Origin: Candidatus Zestomicrobium tamdykulense
GTDB lineage: Archaea > Thermoproteota > Thermoprotei_A > Sulfolobales > NBVN01
DNA length: 64,000 nt
Assembly (NCBI GenBank): GCA_039889305.1
Contig: JAVVFV010000005.1
Location: forward strand, 21,358-85,357
Direction of reading: 5' to 3'
Shown here: one piece after another, positions 37,264 to 48,147 of the stretch
Position numbering within the stretch: position 1 is the stretch's first letter
Layout of the letters: every line of letters begins with the position of its first letter
Program-made: the position numbers and the translations under genes
Notes under the pieces: model-generated
What the model saw: the letters and a program-made list of their open reading frames with translations, nothing else
Database searches by the model: none
Told to the model about the DNA's origin: nothing

Positions 37264-38640
37264 TTGAGTGATGCATTAACTCTGCTTGCTCTTTCCCTTA
37301 CTACTCTAGCTGTTATTCTGGTACTACACGCTTTCAGGAGGTTCAGACCACTAACCAATACCTTCCTAGCTCTCTACATAGTCTTCATGATTTCCTTCAT
37401 ACTTCACGCACCATTCACGCAAACTCCTTTAGGGCTGACCGGACTAAAATACAGCGACATAGTTCACGGCGTGTTCTCCGTAAGATTCTCGACGAATTTA
37501 GTAAGCGATAAGGGGAAATTGCTTGAGTACTGGTTCAGTCCTAAGTCTTTCGAAGACTTAGTAAGCAGAACTAGATTATGTCCTGTTCCTTACTTGGATT
37601 ACAGGTTCGAGTACCCGCCACTAATAGGTTTTTTCTGGTTCCTAACTACTTGCGCGTCTTTCAGTATTTCAGATAAGTTAGCCATAACTATTAATCAATT
37701 CTTTGATTTTTCGTCGTCTCTGAATTACGTGTTTCAGTCACTAATACTGTTCTTTTTCATGGTTTTATGTTTCTATTATATAAAGAAAATCGTCTCGTAT
37801 CAGGGTCTAGGTATGTGGAGAGCTATCTTTTTTCTATTTTTCCTATCAACAATACTATACAGTACTTACAACTGGGACTTAATAGCTTCAGGTCTTGCAG
37901 TAGGTTCAATATATTACTTCATGAAAAAGGACTACAGAGTCTCCGGACTCTTATTAGGACTCTCCATAGCCAGTAAGATATTGACTGGCGGACTCCTAAT
38001 ACCTCAGATAACATACTTACTGAAGGATATAGTGAAGGGTAAGCAAACCCTAAAAAACCTAATACTGTACGTGGTTTTCTTCTTGGTAGGGGGGCTAACC
38101 CCCTTCATCCTAATGTACGTTATGTCTGTTGAGGGGTTCTTCGCGTTCATAAACCACCACGCGAGCTGGTATTGTGAGAACTGTGTTTACGCCTTGCTAA
38201 TCCCAGATATCTTCAGCCCACTACATAGGTACTTCTACGTGTTCTTTGGGTTAACGGCGCTTACGGTAATAGCTATACAAGCATTCAGAAACTCAAGAGA
38301 TTTGATCTCGCTAGCTTACGCTTCAGTAGGTTTTACGGTATCACTAAACTACGTATTCACACCGCAAATGACCCTGATGATATCCCCAATCGCTGTCTTA
38401 GCACTTAATAAGAAAGAACTACAGAAATACTTAGTCGCGGATACTGCGAATTTCTTCCTAATAATAGCGTTTTTTGAGGACTCAACACTTAGATCAGTAA
38501 TATCGAGAATCATACCAATAAAGACAGGATTCAACCCATGGACGATAGACTCACCCACACAGTGGTTAGCAATGATTAGGAACATACTAATATTAGTAAC
38601 GATAGTAGAGTCGATGATTAAGCATAAAACGAAGAACTGA
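37264..38640 (+). CDS. Polytopic membrane protein, possibly a GT-C type glycosyltransferase
   Basis: 458 aa with more than 10 hydrophobic segments. The functional guess rests on architecture only. Confidence 0.5.
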   Translation: MSDALTLLALSLTTLAVILVLHAFRRFRPLTNTFLALYIVFMISFILHAPFTQTPLGLTGLKYSDIVHGVFSVRFSTNLVSDKGKLLEYWFSPKSFEDLVSRTRLCPVPYLDYRFEYPPLIGFFWFLTTCASFSISDKLAITINQFFDFSSSLNYVFQSLILFFFMVLCFYYIKKIVSYQGLGMWRAIFFLFFLSTILYSTYNWDLIASGLAVGSIYYFMKKDYRVSGLLLGLSIASKILTGGLLIPQITYLLKDIVKGKQTLKNLILYVVFFLVGGLTPFILMYVMSVEGFFAFINHHASWYCENCVYALLIPDIFSPLHRYFYVFFGLTALTVIAIQAFRNSRDLISLAYASVGFTVSLNYVFTPQMTLMISPIAVLALNKKELQKYLVADTANFFLIIAFFEDSTLRSVISRIIPIKTGFNPWTIDSPTQWLAMIRNILILVTIVESMIKHKTKN

Positions 38641-38780
38641 GGTTACTTCCTCCTGATAATGACTTAACTAATTCAGTACCTGCATGCTCGTGTTTCAATA
38701 TCTAAATCTTCGAATCCCTACACATAGGATTTATTCAGAATTACTTATAAGATTTGTGTTCTTAGTGTATTGGTGGTTGT

Positions 38781-39089
38781 GTGGGGAGGAGAAGTAGGAA
38801 AAAATATAAGGTGTTTAGGCCTCCGCAAAAAACTCTGCCGAAGGTTTTTCAGTGTCCTGCATGCGGCTCCATGACCATAATAATAGATGTTGAGACATAC
38901 GTTAACGACGCTGGTGAGGAGAAGAAGAAAGCTCTGATTAAGTGCATGAATCCTAGGTGTGGGTTGAGAGCTGAGTTAGTAGAGTTGCCTTCTATTTTTG
39001 AGGCTGTTGACGCGTATTCTAGGTTCCTAGAACTCTTCGGTAGTGACGAGATGAAGACTTGGTTTGAGAAGGGGGAAATTATTGAGTGA
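38781..39089 (+). CDS. elf1: Transcription elongation factor Elf1 homolog
   Basis: MGRRSRKKYK basic N-terminus and zinc ribbon CPACG...CMNPRCG, as in crenarchaeal Elf1. Confidence 0.72.
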   Translation: MGRRSRKKYKVFRPPQKTLPKVFQCPACGSMTIIIDVETYVNDAGEEKKKALIKCMNPRCGLRAELVELPSIFEAVDAYSRFLELFGSDEMKTWFEKGEIIE

Positions 39090-39834
39090 ACGTAAGTTCT
39101 GGGTTGACTCGTATCTCAGGAGTAAGCTTAGTTCGGGAGAGAAAATACACTTCACTTTGCTGGATCCTGACAAAATAAGTAACTTAAGCAAGGTTGATAA
39201 GGTAGCTGAGTTAATTGTTTCGGAAGGTACTGACGCTTTCTTAGTGGGTGGCTCGATAGGGATTTCCGAAAGAGACGTGGATGAGTTAGTAGTTAGTTTG
39301 AAGAAGTGGGGTTTGCCGGTAATACTGTTTCCAGGCAACGTGTCAGGAATCTCTAGATACGCTGACGCAATACTCTTCATGTCGCTCCTGAACTCAGACG
39401 ACCCATACTTCATAATAGGAGCTCAAGTTCTTGGAGCACCGATCGTAGCTAAGTACGGGCTGGAAGCTCTTCCTACAGGGTACGTGATAGTCGGGTACGG
39501 TGGTGCGGCGGGTTACGTGGGGAGAGCGAGACCGGTCCCCTACGACAAGCCGGAGTTGGGTGCAGCGTATGTTTTAGCTGCTAGGTTTTTAGGTATGAGG
39601 TACGTGTATCTTGAGGCAGGTTCAGGAGCTCCAGAACCTATACCACCAAAATTCATTAGGAAAGCTTCAGCGGTTAAGGGAGATACCGTGTTGATAGTTG
39701 GTGGCGGAATAAGAACATACGAACACGCTAAAGAAGTGATTAACTCAGGTGCCGATATAGTAGTGACTGGTACTGTAGTTGAGGAAAATGCAGAGAAAGC
39801 CAGAGAAATCATAAGAGCTATCAAGAAGAAATAG
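39064..39834 (+). CDS. Geranylgeranylglyceryl phosphate synthase (PcrB family)
   Basis: HFTLLDPDK, AFLVGGS, ILFPGN, LLNSDDPYFIIGAQ, YLEAGSGA and IVGGGIR motifs. The start may lie downstream of 39064. Confidence 0.85.
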   Translation: MRRGKLLSERKFWVDSYLRSKLSSGEKIHFTLLDPDKISNLSKVDKVAELIVSEGTDAFLVGGSIGISERDVDELVVSLKKWGLPVILFPGNVSGISRYADAILFMSLLNSDDPYFIIGAQVLGAPIVAKYGLEALPTGYVIVGYGGAAGYVGRARPVPYDKPELGAAYVLAARFLGMRYVYLEAGSGAPEPIPPKFIRKASAVKGDTVLIVGGGIRTYEHAKEVINSGADIVVTGTVVEENAEKAREIIRAIKKK

Positions 39835-39844
39835 TTTCCTACAA

Positions 39845-41383
39845 TTAAATCATTCTAAGAGAAATTATCACTCCATACTTCCTCTCAATATTTGCTAGCC
39901 TCCTCTTCAGCTTCCTAGTTGATCTAGCTTCCTCTTTAGGTACTACTACCGTGACTATGCTGCCGTCAAACGTTACCTCAGCTGATGGGAGGAGCGATAG
40001 TATTGCTTTCCTAACCATAGCTTCGAAATCACTCCCTAATGCTTGCTTAACCGGAACCACAACTGTTTGCTCGCCGAAAGTATACATCTCATACTCGAGT
40101 TGACCACTCAGAAAATCTCTAACCTCAACTACTGGCCTAGCAAGATCTGCTTCCTTAAGACCTGTAGGTAACTTAACACTCATGCTGACATCATACACCT
40201 TACGTACCTCACCCTCCTCTAAGAAAAGCACAGTATCAATGACTGAGGGTATCATACCTAGATCTATCCTCCCAATAAATCTCTGTAGAGCGTCAATAGG
40301 TGACGTTGCGTGAATTACCCCAATCATGCCTATCCCAGCAAGCCTTAGATCAACATATAGCTTGAAGTCATTATCTGTCCGCAGCTCATCAAAGACCGTG
40401 TAATCAGGCCTTGATAAGAGGAGTATGTCGTGTAGTTCGTCGGATGTTGCGTATGTTTTAGAGTACTGAGTAACTTCAGGAGGTAAGTGCATATCCCTAG
40501 GAGACTCAATAGTCTTAACTACCTTATTCTTCCTTCTGTAGTAGTCTGCGAGAGCTTGCGCGAAGGTTGTTTTACCCATCCCCGGAGCACCAGCTATCAA
40601 TATGCCTTCAGCTCTTTCTTCAAGTCTCTTCATCAGTTTCTCCGGAAGGACATAATCCTCTAGCTTAGGCCTCACAAGGGGCTTCACCGCAGTTATTTCC
40701 CAACCATCACTCATGGGGGGTCTCGCTATTATTATTCTGTAGAGGTTTAGCTGTATTATCATTGAGTTTGGTCTCTCAATCTCTACGATAGCTTCAGGGT
40801 CTGTGCGAGCTACCTCAAGAATCTCGTCAGCTATTGCTTCTATTTCCTCCCTACTTAAGGGGTTCTCAGAAAATTGAACGAGTCTCCACTTGCCAGGTCT
40901 TCCCTGCTTAGCGTAGGGTGGCGCTCCCTCCTTCAAATGCACAGACATGGTTTTGTCGTCGAAGAACTTCTCAAGCGTTGTTAAGCGGCTTCTAGGGGGC
41001 TCCACGTAAAGAACCTTCACTCCAAGAGCCTCACTAGCTAGTTGCTGGGTTTTCGAGGAAGTTATTAGGGTTGCGCCAGTATCTAAAGCATACCATCTAA
41101 CTAAAGCATCTATGTCTTCAGCTTTCCTACCAGCAGAAACAACCTCGACAGGCACTCCCCTAGAACTGCAAGCAGTCCTAACAAACCTCATTTCATCAAG
41201 TCCTAGTATACCTAATGACCTATTGCTCTTAGCTAGAGACTCGAAATAATCTATGAGTTCTCTCAGAATAACTAAAGTACCTTTAATCTTACCCTCAACA
41301 ACAATCGTTTTAAGTACTCCGTTAGTTATCACGCTAGCATCAGGTACGTAAGTCTCTACTCCAATCTCTCTCACATCACACAC
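39845..41383 (-). CDS. PIN-domain / P-loop ATPase / KH-domain protein (COG1855 'PilT-family' ATPase)
   Basis: N-terminal PIN-like region (YVPDASVI), Walker A GAPGMGKTT, and a C-terminal KH-like segment. Confidence 0.78.
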   Translation of the reverse strand: MCDVREIGVETYVPDASVITNGVLKTIVVEGKIKGTLVILRELIDYFESLAKSNRSLGILGLDEMRFVRTACSSRGVPVEVVSAGRKAEDIDALVRWYALDTGATLITSSKTQQLASEALGVKVLYVEPPRSRLTTLEKFFDDKTMSVHLKEGAPPYAKQGRPGKWRLVQFSENPLSREEIEAIADEILEVARTDPEAIVEIERPNSMIIQLNLYRIIIARPPMSDGWEITAVKPLVRPKLEDYVLPEKLMKRLEERAEGILIAGAPGMGKTTFAQALADYYRRKNKVVKTIESPRDMHLPPEVTQYSKTYATSDELHDILLLSRPDYTVFDELRTDNDFKLYVDLRLAGIGMIGVIHATSPIDALQRFIGRIDLGMIPSVIDTVLFLEEGEVRKVYDVSMSVKLPTGLKEADLARPVVEVRDFLSGQLEYEMYTFGEQTVVVPVKQALGSDFEAMVRKAILSLLPSAEVTFDGSIVTVVVPKEEARSTRKLKRRLANIERKYGVIISLRMI

Positions 41384-41557
41384 CTGTTCCTAAGTATTTA
41401 TGACTAAAAACAATTATAACTAATTACCTAAAACATTACATTACAGTTGAAAACCCTTCCCTAACGTATGAAGGGAATTAGGGTGCGTAGTTAGGAAGTG
41501 TTCGGAGCCTAGTAACATGATTAATAAGGGATTACGTAGTGTTTTTTAGGGGTTTGA

Positions 41558-41857
41558 ATGTCAATTAGTGAGATAGAGGAGGAAGCTAGAAAGATTGTTG
41601 AGGAAGCTGGGAAGAAAGCAGAAGAGATCTTGAGTAGAGCTAGGAAGGAGGCCGCAGAACTTAAGTCAAAACCTCTAGTAAATCTTCTAAAACCTGAGGA
41701 GAGGGAGAGAATAATGAGAGAATTTGAGTTAAGGATTAAGGAAATCGAGTCTAGAGCAGAAGAGCGGAAACAATCAATTCTTAAGTCTTTTGCTGAGAAG
41801 AAGAAAGACTTAGTTAGAGAGATAGTAGATGTAGTTATAGGTTTAAGGGAGCTGTGA
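41558..41857 (+). CDS. atpH: A-type ATP synthase subunit H
   Basis: A 99-aa charged helical protein. It is the first gene of the operon and overlaps atpI by 4 nt. Confidence 0.75.
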   Translation: MSISEIEEEARKIVEEAGKKAEEILSRARKEAAELKSKPLVNLLKPEERERIMREFELRIKEIESRAEERKQSILKSFAEKKKDLVREIVDVVIGLREL

Positions 41858-43887
41858 TGGCCCTCATAGTATCGGTTCCTGAAAGACTTTACTATATTAG
41901 GTTGCTGATTCCTAAAGACCTAAGTAATAAAGTTACTAACCTGCTTCAAAGTCTGGGTGTCATGCACGTAGAAACTTCGGGAGAACTAAGTGAGGAAGAT
42001 AAGGAGAAGCTTAAAAACTACGCAGAAAAAGTTCGGGTTTTTTCAAACCTGGTAGACGTTGTTGAGAGCTACTATGAATTTACTGTAGTAGATCTTAAAA
42101 GAGAAGTAAGTCTTGAGGACCTAGATAAAGTTGTAAATGAACTTTACCTCAAACTAAGTAGGGTGCGTCAAGAAATCGAGAATCTAATTAATAACAAGAA
42201 AAAACTGTCAGATGAGATTAGTAGGTGTTTAAAGCAGGTTAAAGCACTTGAAGTAATCAAGCGTGTAGTCGGCGAGAATCTAAGGGTTTTTGAGCTCTCG
42301 TTCACTGGTGAGGCTCTCTTCTCTATCGTTGCTTTAGGCAAGACACAAGATATGGAACCACTTATTACGTCAATACCTAAAGACGTGGTAATTAAGTGGG
42401 GCTTTGTAGGGGACGAAACAGTAGTTTTCATAGTTGGTGTTTCGAGTGCCTGGAGAGAAGTTCAGGAGCTACTTAGTAAGACTAGAGCAGAAATTATTGA
42501 GTTCCCTAAGCAAGACTCCTCAATATCTGACTACTTGAGTTACTTAAGCAAACATATTGAGGGGCTTAGAGCTGCTCTAGAAAGAACAGGTAAAGAACTA
42601 GAGATAATCTTAAGTGATAACCTAGAGTTGCTTGCTCTGGCTAAGGTAATCAGCGACTTAGTTAAGTCTAGACTCGATTTCCTTCTTAGTGCTGCTAGTG
42701 GTGCGTACTTACTAGCTGTGGAAGGGTGGGTTCCTGAAGAATCCCTCAAAACCCTAGAAGGTAGATTAGGTAGTGAGGTAGGTACTTACTTAGTAGTTAA
42801 GGTCTCAACAGACAAGAAACCACCCTCAAAACTAAAAAACCCGAAACCGCTCAAACCTTTTGAACTCTTAACAAAGTTTTACGGTCTGCCCTCACCTGGT
42901 GAGTGGGATCCTACCCCAATCCTCACATACTCCTTCCTAGTGTTTTTTGGGTTGATGATGGCTGACGCCGTCTACGGCCTAATACTCCTCCTGATAATTA
43001 AGTACGTCTTGGATAGGAGCAGATTTATAGATAATCCTTACTCGCCCGGCTATATCTCACTGAAGAAGATGTTGCTGATGTTGAGTCTTTCAGCCACTAT
43101 TTTCGGTGTTTTATCGAATACCTTCGCGGGATACTCAATATGTTTTGATGGGGGACGCGTGACGTTAGTCATTGCTAGCGAGGCAGGTAGTGGACTAATT
43201 AACATACCAGCCCTAATTAACTTGTCAGACCCTATGTTCTTCCTGATTCTAGCACTAATTATTGGTCTCATACACATAAACTTAGGACATGCTCTCTCAG
43301 TAATTATAGGTGTTAAGGCGAGGGATTTAGGTAGGGTCTTGAGTGGTGTTGGCTTAATAATTTCCGAGATTTTTGGCATACCATACGTGTTGCACGAATT
43401 CCTTCGCTATGACTTACTTCCCCTGAGTAGTGGGGCATATACCTACATGTTATACACGTCACTTATTGGGGTACTAGTAATGATTGTAGGGACTGTTAAG
43501 TCTTTAGGTGGTATTGGTCTCTTCATGTGGATATTCAACATTACCGGCTTGCTAGGTGATGTTCTCTCGTACTCCAGGATAGCTGGGCTAGGCATAGCTA
43601 CTTACGTAATGGCTGTTAATTTTAATAGATTGTCTTTCAGTGTTTACGAGTATTTCTCGGGTCTAGCGCCTCTAGTAGGTGCTGTCTTAGGGTTAGTAAT
43701 GATGATAGTTATCGCTGTGTTTATGAACACGTTTAACCTGGTTTTCGGAGCTATAGGAGGGTTCGTTCACTCTATGAGGTTATGTTTTGTTGAATTCCTT
43801 CCTAAATGGTATGATGGGAACGGTAGAGAATTCACGCCGTTTACTTTAAAGATAGAGAAACACGTTGCCTTAGGTAAGTCAATCTAG
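41854..43887 (+). CDS. atpI: A-type ATP synthase subunit I (a)
   Basis: 677 aa with a soluble N-terminal half and a polytopic C-terminal half containing LSYSRIAGLG (essential Arg). Confidence 0.9.
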   Translation: MMALIVSVPERLYYIRLLIPKDLSNKVTNLLQSLGVMHVETSGELSEEDKEKLKNYAEKVRVFSNLVDVVESYYEFTVVDLKREVSLEDLDKVVNELYLKLSRVRQEIENLINNKKKLSDEISRCLKQVKALEVIKRVVGENLRVFELSFTGEALFSIVALGKTQDMEPLITSIPKDVVIKWGFVGDETVVFIVGVSSAWREVQELLSKTRAEIIEFPKQDSSISDYLSYLSKHIEGLRAALERTGKELEIILSDNLELLALAKVISDLVKSRLDFLLSAASGAYLLAVEGWVPEESLKTLEGRLGSEVGTYLVVKVSTDKKPPSKLKNPKPLKPFELLTKFYGLPSPGEWDPTPILTYSFLVFFGLMMADAVYGLILLLIIKYVLDRSRFIDNPYSPGYISLKKMLLMLSLSATIFGVLSNTFAGYSICFDGGRVTLVIASEAGSGLINIPALINLSDPMFFLILALIIGLIHINLGHALSVIIGVKARDLGRVLSGVGLIISEIFGIPYVLHEFLRYDLLPLSSGAYTYMLYTSLIGVLVMIVGTVKSLGGIGLFMWIFNITGLLGDVLSYSRIAGLGIATYVMAVNFNRLSFSVYEYFSGLAPLVGAVLGLVMMIVIAVFMNTFNLVFGAIGGFVHSMRLCFVEFLPKWYDGNGREFTPFTLKIEKHVALGKSI

Positions 43888-43952
43888 CTTACTCTACAGA
43901 GTTGCTGGCTAAATCTTTGTGATCGAAACTTAAAAACTTTTCATAAAATTTA

Positions 43953-44447
43953 ATGGGGGCATATGAGATGTCCTTAAGTCCTCAAGTAGTAGCGTCTTTC
44001 GGGCTTGCTTTAGGGGTTGTGGGTGGTGTTGTAGGGTCTTCAGTAGGTATAGGTAAGGCTGCTTCAGCAGGTCTTTCAGTAATATCTGAAGACCCAGGTA
44101 GTTTTAAGCAGGTCCTCATACTCTCTTCTCTGCCGATGACCCAAACATTCTATGGATTCATATTTGCTTTGTTAGGTCTTACTTCTGTTCTGCCAGGAAT
44201 TCCTGAAGTGACTTGGCTTAAGGCAGGTGCGTTCTTAGGTATAGGTGCTTTCGTAATGGTTGCTGAGTTATTCTCTGCCTGGTATCAAGGAGTAATATGT
44301 ATGTCTGGCATAGTTGAGTTGCCTAAGGCTGGGGGGAGAATGCTGGTCCCCTCACTGATACTTGCTGCTTACGTTGAGATGCTTGGTATATTGGGAATGG
44401 TTCTTGGGTATCTACTAACAACGTTAGTTGCTGGCTTACCAATCTAG
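43953..44447 (+). CDS. atpK: A-type ATP synthase proteolipid subunit K (c), duplicated 4-TM form
   Basis: Two hairpins. Hairpin 2 carries the carboxylate (AAYVEMLGILG). The equivalent position in hairpin 1 is Met (LPMTQTFYG). Confidence 0.85.
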   Translation: MGAYEMSLSPQVVASFGLALGVVGGVVGSSVGIGKAASAGLSVISEDPGSFKQVLILSSLPMTQTFYGFIFALLGLTSVLPGIPEVTWLKAGAFLGIGAFVMVAELFSAWYQGVICMSGIVELPKAGGRMLVPSLILAAYVEMLGILGMVLGYLLTTLVAGLPI

Positions 44448-44473
44448 GTCTTAAACTTGTAGAGGATGCGGAC

Positions 44474-45070
44474 ATGAGCTTAGAAGCGCTACGTGCGGAG
44501 ATTCTGAAGAAAGCCAGAGCTAAAGCAGACGCCATAATAAAGAGTGCTGAAGAAGAAGCTAAGAAGATACTAGATGAGGCTATGAGAGACTACTCAAGGA
44601 GATATGAGTTAGTAAGAGAAGCTGAGTTAAGAGAGTTGAGAGACGAACTCTCAAAGAAATTAAGTGAGAAAAACTTAGAAGTAAGCACGAGACTCCTCAA
44701 CCTGAAAAACGAGTTAATCAAGGAATTGATAGAGGAGGTCTTAAACAAGATTAAAGAAGTGAATGATGCGGAAAGAAGAAACTCTCTTAAAAAGTTAATT
44801 ACTGAATGCCTTAATGAGCTACACACAGAGCAGAAGATAAACGTAGGTGTTGTTGAGAGAGATGCCTCATTAATTAAGGACGTGTTGAGAGAGCTAGGTA
44901 TTGAGGATAGGATCAAGGAAATAAAGATACTCCCTCCCGAGAGAGTAGGTGGTGTGTTGGTGGAGTTAGAAAATGGGTCTTTTACCCTAGATAACACCTA
45001 CACTACCAGACTTGAAAGACTGCTTTCTATCATTTACAAAAAACTAAACGATGAAGTTTTTGGGGGTTAG
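44474..45070 (+). CDS. atpE: A-type ATP synthase subunit E
   Basis: 198 aa with a long charged N-terminal helix and a globular C-terminus. Operon position supports the call. Confidence 0.85.
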   Translation: MSLEALRAEILKKARAKADAIIKSAEEEAKKILDEAMRDYSRRYELVREAELRELRDELSKKLSEKNLEVSTRLLNLKNELIKELIEEVLNKIKEVNDAERRNSLKKLITECLNELHTEQKINVGVVERDASLIKDVLRELGIEDRIKEIKILPPERVGGVLVELENGSFTLDNTYTTRLERLLSIIYKKLNDEVFGG

Positions 45071-46043
45071 CTTAGTGACTGTCTCCGATGAGATCTTTTT
45101 TAACTACATCAAGATACGTACCCACAGAACCTTACATCCAGAAAACATAAAGAGAATTAATGAGTTAGTAACCTACACATTCCCTGGTTTACTATCTGCT
45201 TTACAGGAGTTTGAGATCAGCTCATGTCTTGGTAGGGAGTTAAGAAGCGATTTACCCTTATCTCGAATAATCATATACTCTAAGTTGCTGAAGTGCTGGG
45301 AAAATGATTTAAGGAACGTGATACGCTTAATTAAGCCTTCCGAGAACGTAGTGAACGTGATAGACCTCTACATAAGTAAGTACGTAATTAATGACTTAAC
45401 AGGCATTATTAGTGCTGGACTAAAAGAAACCACGTATTTAGATACATCAGTAGCAGAATCTCTTAAGACAGCTAAGGAAGTAAGTGAAATTATTTCAGTG
45501 ATGAGTAAGAAAGGATTTATGAATGAAGTAATATCCACGATTCTCGGGGAATATAGGAGAATGAAGATCAGCGAGCTAGACGTAGGTAAGCTCTCCAGAA
45601 AATTAAGTACTTCTTACTTCAGGAGTCTCGAGAATACTTTAAGGAAACTAAACGTTTCTTCTTACGGGCTTAGATGTGTGGAGTTTCTTAAAGAATTTGA
45701 GGAAGCTAAACCTCTCTTAAGGAAGACTTTATTGAAGAAAAGAGATTTAAGGACTGTTGCTACTATGCTGACACAGAAGCAGAGAGAAGTCATACTTAGA
45801 GCTTCTAAGAACACGCACGACTTCGAGTACGTGCTGTCTATCTTACCAACACATTCTTGCCATAACATGCTTAAGTCGCTTCCAGTCTCTGCCGACACAT
45901 TACTCGATTACTTACTTCTCAAGGAAATTGAGTTTTCTTTTCTTTCTTACGTAATATACTTAATTAATTCCGGGTACTCACTAGACCTAATTAAGGAAGA
46001 AGTAAGGAGGTGGTTAGAATTTTATGAGTCGATTACCAAGTAA
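45051..46043 (+). CDS. atpC: A-type ATP synthase subunit C
   Basis: 330-aa helical protein between atpE and atpF. Confidence 0.8.
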   Translation: MKFLGVSLVTVSDEIFFNYIKIRTHRTLHPENIKRINELVTYTFPGLLSALQEFEISSCLGRELRSDLPLSRIIIYSKLLKCWENDLRNVIRLIKPSENVVNVIDLYISKYVINDLTGIISAGLKETTYLDTSVAESLKTAKEVSEIISVMSKKGFMNEVISTILGEYRRMKISELDVGKLSRKLSTSYFRSLENTLRKLNVSSYGLRCVEFLKEFEEAKPLLRKTLLKKRDLRTVATMLTQKQREVILRASKNTHDFEYVLSILPTHSCHNMLKSLPVSADTLLDYLLLKEIEFSFLSYVIYLINSGYSLDLIKEEVRRWLEFYESITK

Positions 46044-46377
46044 GAAAGACATAGTAGTGATTGGTGATTTAGGATTCATTAATGGCTTCAAGTTAGCCGG
46101 TATTAAGAGATTCATTGAGGTTCCTGAGACTGGAGACGTCGCCGAACTTAAAAAGATGTTGGGTGAGTCTCTAGCTAGACTTTACGAAGATCCTTCTGTT
46201 GGTATCGTAATAATACAGTACAGGTTTAAAGATTTAGTAGTTGATAAGATACAGAAGGTTGGGAGGGAATCCCTAGTAGTTTTTGTTCCTAGTTCTAAAG
46301 AAGTTTCTGGGATAGATGTGAGAGATTATTACTTACGTATGATTAAGTCTTATTTAGGTATTAGCATTGAGGTGTGA
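46024..46377 (+). CDS. atpF: A-type ATP synthase subunit F
   Basis: 117 aa, IVVIGD..INGFKLAGI motif. Confidence 0.85.
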   Translation: MSRLPSKKDIVVIGDLGFINGFKLAGIKRFIEVPETGDVAELKKMLGESLARLYEDPSVGIVIIQYRFKDLVVDKIQKVGRESLVVFVPSSKEVSGIDVRDYYLRMIKSYLGISIEV

Positions 46378-48147
46378 GTGTTGGTTAAAGGCAAGATATT
46401 GAGGATCTCGGGCCCCTTAATAATAGCTGAAGGTATGGAGGGTTCGATGGTTTACGAGGTAGTCTTAGTAGGTGAGGAGAAACTCATAGGTGAGGTCATT
46501 GGGTTGCAAGGTGATAAAGCATTCATACAAGTGTATGAGGATACTTCAGGACTGCGTGTTGGGGAGCCTGTTAAGGGTACTGGAGGCTTACTCTCAGCGG
46601 AGTTAGGTCCAGGTCTTATCGGGAAAGTATATGACGGGCTTCAGAGACCTCTATCAGTTATTGGTGAGCTTTACGGAGCTTTCGTGAGTAGGGGGGTTAA
46701 ATTACCTGCTTTACCAAGAGGCGTCAAATGGTTCTTCACTAGATCAGGCGTTAAGGTAGGTGATAAGATAGAGGGCGGCAGCATATTAGGGTATGTGCAA
46801 GAAACTCCCATACTGCTACATAAAATCATGGTGCCTCCAGGAATCTCAGGCGTGTTGAAGGAGCTAGCTCCTGAGGGCGACTATACTATCGAGGAAACTA
46901 TAGCTGTAATTGATGTTGGTGGGGGGAGAAAAGAAGAAGTAAGGCTGATGAATAAGTGGCCTATACGTAAGCCAAGACCTTACAAAACCAGACTAGAGCC
47001 TGTTGAACCACTCATAACCGGGACTAGAGTACTGGATATGATGTTCCCGATAGCTAGGGGAGGTAAGGCAGCGGTACCAGGAGGTTTCGGGAGCGGTAAG
47101 ACCGTACTTATGCATACCTTAACTAAGTGGAGCAGAACTCACGTTAACATATTCGTGGGGTGTGGTGAGAGAGGTAATGAGATGGCTGACGCACTACATA
47201 GTTTCAGAAAACTCACTGATCCGGCTTCTGGCAGGCCTCTCTCAGAAAAAGCTATATTCATAGCCAACACGTCTAACATGCCTGTAGCTGCTAGGGAAAC
47301 TAGCGTCTTTCTGGGAGTAACCATAGGTGAGTATTTCAGGGATATGGGGTACGATGTACTCATGGTTGCTGACTCAACATCTAGGTGGGCTGAAGCAATG
47401 AGGGAAATAAGTGCTAGGCTTGAGGAAATGCCTGGTGATGAGGGCTTCCCCGCCTACCTAGGTTCAAGGCTCGCAGAATTCTACGAGAGGTCCGGCAGAG
47501 TAGTTGCTTTAGGTAATCCAGAGAGGGTTGGATCACTAACAATCTTAGGAGCTGTATCTCCTCCAGGAGCAGACTTCAGCGAACCGGTCACCACCAACAC
47601 ACTCAGATATATTGGAGCTCTACTAGCTCTCGACGTATCACTAGCTAACAGGAGGCACTTCCCAGCGATTAATTGGTTACTTAGTTATTCTCAGTACGTT
47701 GAGACAGTAGCTAGGTGGTGGGAACGTGATTTCAAGAACTGGCTGAAACTACGTTACGAAGCTCTGCGAATCCTCCAGAGAGAGTCTGAGTTGATGGAGC
47801 TAGTTAGGTTGGTAGGTCCTGAAGCTCTTCCAGACCCTGATAAGCTACTCCTAGATGTAGCTAAGATGATTAGGGAAGACTTCCTACAACAAAGCGCATA
47901 CCACCCAATAGATGCTTACAGTTCCCCAGAGAAGACAGTCCTCATGCTAGACATTATAATTAAGTTCTATGAGGAAGCCTCAAGAACTTTAAGTGAGGGC
48001 GTGCCTCTCGCCAAGATTAGGGAAGCTCCTATAATCTCACGCATAGCTAGGATGAAGGAAGTACGTAACGAGGAATTCAGGAAGATTTACGAAGACATAG
48101 TTAAGGACATAAATGATTATTTCAGGAAGCTTCGAGCGGGTGGGTGA
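46378..48147 (+). CDS. atpA: A-type ATP synthase catalytic subunit A
   Basis: Walker [11 protein letters not shown], and the non-homologous region typical of A subunits. GTG start. Confidence 0.95.
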   Translation: MLVKGKILRISGPLIIAEGMEGSMVYEVVLVGEEKLIGEVIGLQGDKAFIQVYEDTSGLRVGEPVKGTGGLLSAELGPGLIGKVYDGLQRPLSVIGELYGAFVSRGVKLPALPRGVKWFFTRSGVKVGDKIEGGSILGYVQETPILLHKIMVPPGISGVLKELAPEGDYTIEETIAVIDVGGGRKEEVRLMNKWPIRKPRPYKTRLEPVEPLITGTRVLDMMFPIARGGKAAVPGGFGSGKTVLMHTLTKWSRTHVNIFVGCGERGNEMADALHSFRKLTDPASGRPLSEKAIFIANTSNMPVAARETSVFLGVTIGEYFRDMGYDVLMVADSTSRWAEAMREISARLEEMPGDEGFPAYLGSRLAEFYERSGRVVALGNPERVGSLTILGAVSPPGADFSEPVTTNTLRYIGALLALDVSLANRRHFPAINWLLSYSQYVETVARWWERDFKNWLKLRYEALRILQRESELMELVRLVGPEALPDPDKLLLDVAKMIREDFLQQSAYHPIDAYSSPEKTVLMLDIIIKFYEEASRTLSEGVPLAKIREAPIISRIARMKEVRNEEFRKIYEDIVKDINDYFRKLRAGG

